64,000 nt of DNA from an uncultured virus (IMG/VR IMGVR_UViG_3300023178_000038) (taxonomy: Duplodnaviria > Heunggongvirae > Uroviricota > Caudoviricetes): IMG/VR virus record IMGVR_UViG_3300023178_000038, one strand, 5' to 3'. Within the stretch, counting starts at the first letter, position 1; each line of letters starts with the position of its first letter. A program made the translations under genes and the position numbers. Of the stretch, positions 56,801 to 64,000 are shown one piece after another. The notes under the pieces were generated by a model that saw only the letters and a program-made list of their open reading frames with translations, searched no databases and was not told the DNA's origin.

Positions 56801-59253
56801 TGTTTTTTAGTTAAGGCACCTCTGTATAAAAAGTTAAATAATCTGTCATAGTGTAAATGTGCTATTTCACGTACAATACCATCATCAAAATATTTTTGTA
56901 TAAGTCTAGGTTGTGTCTCTTGGTTACGTAATGCGTCTTCTTTTGTAACAACGTCCATAGGGTGTACACCAGGTTTTTTACGTCTCCTACCTGCTTTGTA
57001 TGCACCACCAAATAAATAGTCAAAGTTGCTAGATCCATATCTACGTGAACTAGCTTGCTGCCACTCTAATGCTTCATCTAGTGGATTACCTAACAAATCT
57101 GCAAACTTTACATTTTTGCTAGTCCATCTTGCAGCTTCTGTCTTGTTAGGTTTTTTAAGTAATCCCAGTGACAATACTGACAATGGTCGTGAAAATATAT
57201 TGTCATAACCACGTGTGTACATACGTAGCTGCTCTTCTCCTACAACACGAAGTAACCAGGCACCACGTAACAATACAAATGGTTTCCAAAAATCTGAATA
57301 ATAACTATCTATAATTTTAGACATTGTACCTGCACGTATATTGGCAGGTAACTTACTAAACATATCTATTCCTGCTTCTGACGCTTTAGCTCTTATTAGT
57401 GACATAGAATTCATAGCTTTTGCTAATTGTCCAGGATCAGGTAAAGGTATTGTTCTGTTAATAAACTCTGTAAGTAAGTGTGGATCTGGATTTACAAATG
57501 CTTTGTTATCTACAATTGTTTGACTAATCTTTGCACCTGGATTAGCAACATTGTTACCTGTAACTGCGTCAATAAAATATGCGCGTAGCTCTGGTAGATA
57601 ATCTTCAAAGATTCTACTAAATGTAAATGCGTCTTCTTTATTTACACCATACTTTTCTACTAAATCATCAGTAGCGTATGTAACCATATCTTTTACAACA
57701 TTAAATAATCCTGTCTGATCACCATCTTCAAGTCTTACTGCTCTGTTAATTATCTGATCTTTAGCAACAGGATCTACAGTAGTTTGATCTAGCCAACCTT
57801 TAATGTTTGTTACTGCGTCATCTAATTGATTACTATCTACGTATCTGTATGGAAACTCACCTGCGTATGTAGCTAATATTCTTGCTGATCTATTAGGACT
57901 ATCCATAAGTTTTGTCTTAATAACTTTTTTAGCACCAAATAATTTACCTGTACCTTTAGGTACTCCTCCTAGTAATTCTTCTGTAGCACCACCTAAAAAT
58001 CTACCTATAGCACCTACTGTTGGTGCTTGACCTGTACCAAAAGGACCAAAAGGATCTTCTAAAAATTCTGTAATAAGATTAGACATAAGTTCACGTTTTT
58101 CATCTGCAGATTTTGTAAAGTCTTGTGATATATCCATAAATGCTGCAATAGCTTCTCTGTCTGTTATGCCAGTAAGTTCTATAAATTTATTAGGACTATC
58201 TAATTCTGACATATAATCTATAAGTTTTTTACCGCCAGGATCTTTAGATAAATAATTAGAAATAGATCTACCAGACATAAACGGTAGTCCCCAACCTTTA
58301 TTAACTGCACCTATGTATTCTTTTTGTGCTTTAGTTAACTTGTCAGGTTCTATCTTCTGTAATTCTTTTACAAGATAATCTGGTACTTTTAATGCTTTTC
58401 TACTTTTAGCAAAGGCACCTAATCCTAATGTCATATAGTTTGCAGGATCTAAAAACAATGCTTTACCTGCGTCTAATACACCAGATATAACATTAAATGG
58501 TCTACTGTTTGGTTCTGCAACTTGTAATGCAATAGTTCTACCTAATGATATAGGTGCAGTACCGTATTGACTTGTAATAGTAAAGTTCTCATTACCTTCT
58601 TGCATACTTCTGTCTATGTCAGTTATTGGTGTACCTAAGTAATTTTGTATAACTTGTTGCGCTCTACCTTGATCAAAACCAGAACGTATCATGTACTGGT
58701 ACTCATCATAAAATTTAGATTGTGGATTCTCTGGATCAAATACTTCTGACACTGGCAAAAATCCTTCGCCTAAATTTACTTTTGAACCTTTATTAAGTTC
58801 TCCTATAAGTTGTTTAATTGTTGACTTACCTGATTGTTTGTATGCTTCTTTAAATGTTAAATTTTCTGCATTGTCTCCAAACTTAGAAGCAATAAAAGAG
58901 TTAATAGGTCTATCTACTGTTGTTCTATATAAATCTTCTAAACCTAAAAATCCTAAACGTACACCTGCTTGCAACGGATCAAATACTTTATCTAATATTG
59001 TTTTGCTGTTTGATTGTGCAATCATCTTAGATATATCTTCTAATACTGTTGCTTCTGGTTTAACTTGTAATGTTGTTAATGCAGTAATAACATCTGGTGA
59101 AAAGTTAGGATATGCTTGTGAAATAGAACTTGCACGCATAGCGTCTTCTTTAGTTATAGATTGTTTAGCACGTTTATATGTTGCTTGTCTACGTTGTAGT
59201 TCTTGATAAAACTCTTGCTCTTGTGCAGGATTATCTCTATGAAATTCTGCCAT
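53869..59253 (-). CDS. Large internal virion (ejection) protein, copy B
   Basis: Homologue of 8839-14316. Confidence 0.65.
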   Translation of the reverse strand: MAEFHRDNPAQEQEFYQELQRRQATYKRAKQSITKEDAMRASSISQAYPNFSPDVITALTTLQVKPEATVLEDISKMIAQSNSKTILDKVFDPLQAGVRLGFLGLEDLYRTTVDRPINSFIASKFGDNAENLTFKEAYKQSGKSTIKQLIGELNKGSKVNLGEGFLPVSEVFDPENPQSKFYDEYQYMIRSGFDQGRAQQVIQNYLGTPITDIDRSMQEGNENFTITSQYGTAPISLGRTIALQVAEPNSRPFNVISGVLDAGKALFLDPANYMTLGLGAFAKSRKALKVPDYLVKELQKIEPDKLTKAQKEYIGAVNKGWGLPFMSGRSISNYLSKDPGGKKLIDYMSELDSPNKFIELTGITDREAIAAFMDISQDFTKSADEKRELMSNLITEFLEDPFGPFGTGQAPTVGAIGRFLGGATEELLGGVPKGTGKLFGAKKVIKTKLMDSPNRSARILATYAGEFPYRYVDSNQLDDAVTNIKGWLDQTTVDPVAKDQIINRAVRLEDGDQTGLFNVVKDMVTYATDDLVEKYGVNKEDAFTFSRIFEDYLPELRAYFIDAVTGNNVANPGAKISQTIVDNKAFVNPDPHLLTEFINRTIPLPDPGQLAKAMNSMSLIRAKASEAGIDMFSKLPANIRAGTMSKIIDSYYSDFWKPFVLLRGAWLLRVVGEEQLRMYTRGYDNIFSRPLSVLSLGLLKKPNKTEAARWTSKNVKFADLLGNPLDEALEWQQASSRRYGSSNFDYLFGGAYKAGRRRKKPGVHPMDVVTKEDALRNQETQPRLIQKYFDDGIVREIAHLHYDRLFNFLYRGALTKKQRDARLKEFIEGSSSRATEIIEAYSKGGPTYRARMNTAGGRYAYAESITARVNQLAGGAFDQNLDVLDDLSKKINIDELDFAKTPFPLSVEKTANNNILEMLLRNRLNRLDGKQYVDETLDDFFDSIKNGDQTLYKSVKKTLMSDEYINDLPNVVAVGKTDYIDNVGKLEFYTNKAFDALMGQRTDNASRSPVFRQAYWRTIYDLLPYMSGKMRQVMLEGGTYTIDGKEIKVAGALNASLPGENMLATFRADIGLPAQKLRKADTEINIDMFQRKVKELNEKDTALGLGFEDLDEEFENLSTALNKKRSRLEEKLTDKQEELMKLELDITGTYGSGVTYEDDIVPANVKKRVDDLAEDIFDIESEIDDVQEVFNNNMKEKAELLGFTDKSGDVDLIDRIAKARALTEVQELLYDLTKRKKLAYNLRGIFPFGEAYIEIMTTWAKLLKENPEILRRGQVTVNAARASNPFSPVEGEGFLGEDEVTGEEVFYYPLIDDLVSDGLFGEDRNVGVRLPGYAGSLNLALEVVPGIGPAVAIPASFFVNASPNFDEAKKVLFPYGLPDVRSAGDLIAAAGVPAWLRNTYQALYAYNEDVGQNEITRIASNTTIDVYRILKADGRDDRTAGQQDELMKEARSIAKGLTLIKAISQFVGPVGLNPRFDIGNEKNAGHIYSMQILSDRYRELLETPPKDPITGRFLYAPGDNYSATKYFIDEFGFNPIDIATPKTVVVEPRPVDERGVKFQKENPEIFEEYSFTAQYAIPQGGGGPFDYEAYVRTIANEQREPLKPEEWLAKRNQRLGQFYMEEKRVSTLQTYDITDPYQNLVRNRELAFHRDIAKQKFPGFDATVPGLPQTSTLEMQYEELKDWKNSSKLSGTPVGKDLLVVFSLINTLEKRSLRAGLSKNGWRTSRTLLKERQQLRDLIGTLINSNPDFQVVAERVLLPLFQERTDFLEDLQYDYDTLKEYGVYLPQLPDTEDI

Positions 59254-59708
59254 TAGATATTACGCTGCGTTCTACCTATCTGCCTATCAGAAGCAAATTT
59301 TAGTAAACCTAAAAGCTCTGCAGTAGGATTAACTTCTGCCATTGCACGTATTAACATTACGTCATCTGGTTCTAAAAATTGATCCTCCATTGGTGGACGT
59401 GAGTACGCATTTAAATCATCTTCTCCTGGTGCAAATACATCTGCAATACCAGGTGATACTCCACCTAATTGTTGTGGCTGCGGTTGTGGTGCAGCAAATG
59501 TAGTTTGTGGTTGTTCTATGTTTCCTTGTCTAACTTGTTCTACAAGTGCAGCTTCTTCACCTGCTGACTCATTAACCATACCTCTTACATCATCTATTGT
59601 TGGTGCGGCACCGTCAGTTCTTCTAGCTAATCTACCTGGACCGCTTACTGCAGCAGGTCTCTTAACTCCACCTCTTCTACCACGACTTCTACTACTGCCA
59701 TTCGCCAT
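59253..59708 (-). CDS. Conserved hypothetical protein, copy B (start MANGSS)
   Basis: Homologue of 14320-14784. Confidence 0.65.
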   Translation of the reverse strand: MANGSSRSRGRRGGVKRPAAVSGPGRLARRTDGAAPTIDDVRGMVNESAGEEAALVEQVRQGNIEQPQTTFAAPQPQPQQLGGVSPGIADVFAPGEDDLNAYSRPPMEDQFLEPDDVMLIRAMAEVNPTAELLGLLKFASDRQIGRTQRNI

Positions 59709-59922
59709 TAAAGTCCTCCTGTTGTCCAAAAAATATAATTAAGCCATTTGGTATGTATTGTACAACCATTCCTTGTGGCATGTCAGATATTATTGGTTCA
59801 TCTGCGTATATTTCATCTTCGTAATCAGCAATTGCTTCTTCTGTTTTTTGCCATACATCAACTAAACAGTTGTTGACAATATCGCTAAATTCATAATCTA
59901 ATGGTCTAGGCACCTTGCACAC
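59692..59922 (-). CDS. Conserved small acidic protein, copy B
   Basis: Homologue of 14771-15016. Confidence 0.6.
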   Translation of the reverse strand: MCKVPRPLDYEFSDIVNNCLVDVWQKTEEAIADYEDEIYADEPIISDMPQGMVVQYIPNGLIIFFGQQEDFNGEWQ

Positions 59923-61660
59923 CTCCTAAGAGTAATGATCTTATATCTGGTGCAGGACCTTGTGGTACTGGTTGTCCACCGCCCATCATTTGATCGAGTA
60001 ACGCAGCTTCACCTTCTGGTACTTCTGGTTCTTCTGCTGTATAAAATTTATCTAGTATTGATTGCATAGAGTTAGGATTTTTATAAATCTGTACTAACGC
60101 CATTGTTGCTTTAGGATCACCTTGACTTGCTTGTACCTTTAATGTTTCAAACAAAGTACGTTCTGCTTCGTCTTTTAATATTCTGTCGTTAATCTTTTGT
60201 ACATTATCAAGTCCGTCCATGTTTTCTTGTAATGTCTCTTTGTCAATTATTCCTGCTTGCAATAACTGTAAACCAGAGACAATCTTTGTTGGCTCATCAA
60301 ATCCTGCCATAACTCCATACACACGTCTAGTCTTGTACATACCTTGTATGTCTGTGCTAGGTGTATATTGTTCTGCATACGCTGTGCCTTTAAGATAACC
60401 TGCTAATGGTTTTTTCTTGTTACCATTTAATACTTCGTCCATCTCTAAACGTTTATAATCTAGTTCTTCTATTGCTGTTTTAAGTGCTAACTGATATTCT
60501 TTTACGTTTAGATCAACGGACGATAGTAACTCTTGTAATCCCCTACCTGTAACAAATGAGTTAGGAGATATAGCGTCATCACTAACTGGATAGCTTGATC
60601 CAACACGAAGTTGTCGTTCTATCCTGTCTATCTGTTGAAACAACTGATATGGAACATTGTTTGGTGGTTTAGCGACTTGTGAACCTGGTGTTAAATAGTT
60701 GACTGCAAATCTACCGCGTTTGTAGTTCCCACTCTCTAATTCACCAATAATATTCGTTTCTGTGAATACGCTGTCTTCCATAGCAATTATGGACAAGACG
60801 TTAATCTTTGCCATAGCTGCCATCAAACCTAGTACATGGTCATACTGACCAGATAATCTATCAAAACTAAATCTTTTAGATATAACAAAACGTGGACCTG
60901 ATTTAAGAGGATTAGGTGTAAAGTCTAGTATTTGTTTTTGTTCTGGTAAAAATACGTATGTACCATCTTCATCATAAAACTCTACAAGTTCTGTACCGTC
61001 AGCTAAATGATTATCCCAACTTCTTTGAAATCCGTCATGGTATTTAAACTTACTATAACCTGATGGGAACTGACTTGACTCATCAACCATAACTTGTGCT
61101 TGTGGGTACATCTGTTTAATAACAGCGTTAGGTACAAGTCTTATAAGTGCTAATTCTTTTGGATCTTGATCTGGTCCGTAATATCCTGGATAACAATCAT
61201 AAGGATCACGTAGTTCTGCGTGTGGGTACATAATGCCATCTGGTGACATCTTTTGTCTTATGATCCATACACAAAAACCATAACCAGGCAACCATCTAGC
61301 TGCTTGTGGTAACTGCATATCCATTTTAGAATTGCTATCTAAGTTAGTAACTATACGTTCTAACTTCTCTGCTTTGTTTTTAGCACGTTCGCTATCTGCG
61401 TAAGCGTCTACCTTTATGTCTGGCATACGTCCTAATTTTTGTGCTAAGTGTTCTAAACCTGAATTTATAAGATTAGGTATTGGTAAATCAATGTCGTAAT
61501 TCTTTGCGCTCTCACCTAACAGTGCAGCAATACCATTGCTACCACCGTTCATAATGGATCTGACTCTATCACGATATTCATAGTGTCCACTATGTTCGTG
61601 CATTCCTTTTAGGTCGTCAGTCTTAATTAATAATTCGTCTGGGGTATACACCATTACCAA
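59906..61660 (-). CDS. Portal protein, copy B
   Basis: Near-identical to 15000-16757. Confidence 0.8.
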   Translation of the reverse strand: MVMVYTPDELLIKTDDLKGMHEHSGHYEYRDRVRSIMNGGSNGIAALLGESAKNYDIDLPIPNLINSGLEHLAQKLGRMPDIKVDAYADSERAKNKAEKLERIVTNLDSNSKMDMQLPQAARWLPGYGFCVWIIRQKMSPDGIMYPHAELRDPYDCYPGYYGPDQDPKELALIRLVPNAVIKQMYPQAQVMVDESSQFPSGYSKFKYHDGFQRSWDNHLADGTELVEFYDEDGTYVFLPEQKQILDFTPNPLKSGPRFVISKRFSFDRLSGQYDHVLGLMAAMAKINVLSIIAMEDSVFTETNIIGELESGNYKRGRFAVNYLTPGSQVAKPPNNVPYQLFQQIDRIERQLRVGSSYPVSDDAISPNSFVTGRGLQELLSSVDLNVKEYQLALKTAIEELDYKRLEMDEVLNGNKKKPLAGYLKGTAYAEQYTPSTDIQGMYKTRRVYGVMAGFDEPTKIVSGLQLLQAGIIDKETLQENMDGLDNVQKINDRILKDEAERTLFETLKVQASQGDPKATMALVQIYKNPNSMQSILDKFYTAEEPEVPEGEAALLDQMMGGGQPVPQGPAPDIRSLLLGGVQGA

Positions 61661-63561
61661 AAAACCTCGTTGTATTCACTTTGCTTATAATAGCTATATG
61701 AAGGAGTATAGTCGCTTTCTGCTTCAGCTAACATCATTTTTACATTGGTACGTATACGTTTCATTGGAAACCAACTTGCCATAACTAAGTCAGTTTTAGT
61801 TTTTACATTACGTGAATTACTTGCACCTGCTTGTGAAAAGTAAATTAACTGTTGTCTAAATATATTGACAAGTCTTTGTGTCTTAGAATCTGCATACGGT
61901 ATGTTTATCTTTTCTTGTTCATACATACCTACCATACTGGTTACACCAAATGTAGGATCCCATTTATTTTTATAAGTCTGGTGTCCTTCTATACGTACAC
62001 CATGATTAGCAGCCCATAACTTTATATCTCTATCTTGACCAATAGCACGTTGAAATCCATTTTCTTCTATGATCCAGTGACTTAACCAATACTTGTCATA
62101 CCATTCCTTCATTAAGTTATGTGCTTTTTGTATACCACCACCTTGATCGTTCTTCATATCTACAAGCCATACTTGTTGTGTTTTTACGTTATATGCCCAA
62201 AGAACTGCTGCCTGATAACCTGTACTAGCAGGATCGAGTCCTGCAATAAGACTTGTGCCTGGTGGTATGTCTCCTAGCTTCCTTGATTTATCTAAACACT
62301 TATCAATCATCTCTGCTGTAAATAACTCCATACCTTGTGGTATAGCTTTGTTTAGATAGACCATCTCAAATATATTTCTACCACCTGTAGTCTCTGCTGC
62401 AGCTAACTGTTCCATTAACCATTTATGTGTACGTTTATTTGACCATAACATGTGTTTTGTATGATCTATAGATTCGTCTTCTAGCGGTACTTCTAAATCA
62501 TGCGCACGATCAACAATAGTTTCCCATGCTTTGTTTTCTAAGAGATGATGGTAAAGATCGTCTGGGTGTTGTCTTGATCCAATAACGACCATTCCTGTAT
62601 GTTCCTCTTTTCTTGACTGTAATGTTGTGGTCCACCAGTTCCTGGTGTTTTCTCTAGCACTTGGCTGCACAGTACTTCCATGATCTTCGATATCGTCTGC
62701 GATAATAAGGTCTGCGTCTCTGGAAAGGATCTTACCTCCTTTTCCAATTGCGACAAGAGTTGGCGACTTAATACCAGAGACTGTTCTAGTTGCAACAGTA
62801 AATTGACTGGACGACCAACTCTTTCCACCTCTATTAGAAGGTCTAAATCCGTCCCAGTCTCCGTAATCTTGTATGAGTCCTTCATTATTCTCCAAATGAT
62901 CTAGTACCGCACCTACGGAGTTACGTGCAATGTCTTCGTTACCACCGCACCACATGATACGTATGTTAGGATTTTTACAAATCATGTATACGCAAAAGTG
63001 TGTAAGTAGATCTGTCTTACCATGTCTAGGCGGAGACAAGATCATTAACCGCTTACCGTGCTTTATACTATCTAAGATAGCACCAATCCACTTCTTTTGA
63101 AAGTCTGGTGTCTCATAATTTTTACCTTGTTCTGTTAAGAAATATTGATCACGAAACTCAACAAAAGAGTTTACGTCAGCTTGCAACTCGAAGGGGTCCC
63201 CACGCTTTTCGAGCTTTGCTTCTTTTTCTACATCTTCGAGATATGCTGCTACTGCACGTGACACTGTTGATGGACTGCAGCTTAATATGTTTGCTACTTC
63301 CTTCTTTGTCTTCTTACCTTCTAAAATGTCGTTAAAAAAATTTTTTTTCTTCATAATGGCGTAGTAATCTCCTCTACGCTTCTGTACATTCTCATCTACA
63401 GTCTTTTCTACCTGGATCTCTTTAGTAGGTTTGTTTGCACGCCACGCTCTCTGCCGTGTTCTTTTAGAACACCTCTCACTACAATACTTTTTACGACCTT
63501 CTGGTAAGGGGACTAAACAGTTGTCTGCTACGCAGATGGTGATTTTTTCATTATTTGACAT
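61654..63561 (-). CDS. terL: Terminase large subunit with N-terminal Zn-ribbon and HTH, copy B
   Basis: SPPRHGKT, LIIADD, GLDPA. Confidence 0.92.
   Translation of the reverse strand: MSNNEKITICVADNCLVPLPEGRKKYCSERCSKRTRQRAWRANKPTKEIQVEKTVDENVQKRRGDYYAIMKKKNFFNDILEGKKTKKEVANILSCSPSTVSRAVAAYLEDVEKEAKLEKRGDPFELQADVNSFVEFRDQYFLTEQGKNYETPDFQKKWIGAILDSIKHGKRLMILSPPRHGKTDLLTHFCVYMICKNPNIRIMWCGGNEDIARNSVGAVLDHLENNEGLIQDYGDWDGFRPSNRGGKSWSSSQFTVATRTVSGIKSPTLVAIGKGGKILSRDADLIIADDIEDHGSTVQPSARENTRNWWTTTLQSRKEEHTGMVVIGSRQHPDDLYHHLLENKAWETIVDRAHDLEVPLEDESIDHTKHMLWSNKRTHKWLMEQLAAAETTGGRNIFEMVYLNKAIPQGMELFTAEMIDKCLDKSRKLGDIPPGTSLIAGLDPASTGYQAAVLWAYNVKTQQVWLVDMKNDQGGGIQKAHNLMKEWYDKYWLSHWIIEENGFQRAIGQDRDIKLWAANHGVRIEGHQTYKNKWDPTFGVTSMVGMYEQEKINIPYADSKTQRLVNIFRQQLIYFSQAGASNSRNVKTKTDLVMASWFPMKRIRTNVKMMLAEAESDYTPSYSYYKQSEYNEVFW
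62538..62885 (-). CDS. Candidate overprinted gene nested in terL, copy B
   Basis: Conserved 115 aa frame with GGAG RBS. Confidence 0.45.
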   Translation of the reverse strand: MKDSYKITETGTDLDLLIEVERVGRPVNLLLQLEQSLVLSRQLLSQLEKEVRSFPETQTLLSQTISKIMEVLCSQVLEKTPGTGGPQHYSQEKRNIQEWSLLDQDNTQTIFTIIS

Positions 63562-63583
63562 ATCTATATGCTATAGTGTAGCA

Positions 63584-63805
63584 TATCAGGATAAGCATTG
63601 TGGTGTTCCTGCCTACACAAACACCACAAGATAAGGATTCGTTAATAGGGTTGGCATAGCAGGACCGCCTTAGTCGTGGGTTGAGCCACATTCCTCACAT
63701 TTTATTTATTAGAGAGAGAGCGCATTTACTGTTACTACACTTAATAAACTGGTTTGGGTTGGGAGTGACACAGGGATCGAACCACCTACTACTAGAACTC
63801 GACAT
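63584..63805 (+). ncRNA. Conserved structured RNA, copy B
   Basis: Aligns with 18690-18910; covarying stem. Confidence 0.65.
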
Positions 63806-63812
63806 ATAAAGA

Positions 63813-63871
63813 GTACAATATATAGTACCACTACATATAGTACCTTTAGACTACACTATATATAGTATACT
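63813..63871. promoter_or_regulatory. Three NrdR-box-like palindromes and TATACT -10 (63866-71)
   Basis: GTACAATATATAGTAC, CCACTACATATAGTAC, ACACTATATATAGTAT. Confidence 0.6.
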
Positions 63872-63878
63872 GTAGACT

Positions 63879-63958
63879 GGGGGTGATCTGGACAGGGTTA
63901 AATGCTTATCCAAATACTCATCTAACCAACGTGGGTTCGACTCCCACCACCTCCACAA
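63879..63958 (+). ncRNA. Minimal tmRNA-like / tRNA(Ala)-like RNA without mRNA-like domain, copy B
   Basis: GGGGGTG/CACCTCC-A; T-arm GTGGG-TTCGACT-CCCAC; helix GGTTA/TAACC then AAC linker. Confidence 0.85.
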
Positions 63959-64000
63959 ATTGCCACATAAACATTGACGTATTCATCTATATTTTCTCCG

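Noticed and set aside
411..63634. Most + strand ORFs in the track (e.g. 411-611, 13790-14305, 31031-31519, 43233-43940)
   Set aside because: Antisense shadows of - strand genes with biased composition and no RBS; recurrence in both copies follows from sense-strand conservation
1..64000. CRISPR array, diversity-generating retroelement, group I/II intron, stop-codon reassignment
   Set aside because: No regularly spaced repeats, no reverse transcriptase, no interrupted core genes; the standard code gives dense intact ORFs

Overview
AT-rich tailed-phage DNA with almost all genes on the - strand. It holds two related but clearly diverged podovirus-like genomes head to tail. 1-~19.1 kb is the packaging/head/internal-protein half of phage A. 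~19.1-64 kb covers one full ~45 kb gene set: early genes, recombination/nucleases, lysis, tail, capsid, internal proteins, portal, terminase. The exact A/B junction is not located. Holin types and many leaderless -10/ATG starts suggest a low-GC actinobacterial host (inference). No integrase, polymerase, primase or helicase was recognisable. Using the two copies as a covariation test, the main signal is non-coding. (i) A 77-78 nt RNA shaped like the tRNA-like domain of tmRNA (Ala G3-U70 acceptor stem, T-arm, no D-stem) with no mRNA-like domain, behind NrdR-box-like repeats. (ii) A ~220 nt conserved pseudoknotted RNA with blocks matching the structured leader of the scaffold/capsid operon. (iii) A divergent pair of small RNAs exposing anti-Shine-Dalgarno sequences, one matching the RBSs of several early genes. 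Also notable: a swappable virion effector locus (ART-like with or without Nudix; GH24 lysozyme vs SLT-like), a conserved overprinted ORF in the terminase, and four tandem tail paralogues with repeated junctions. All family assignments are by eye, without database searches.
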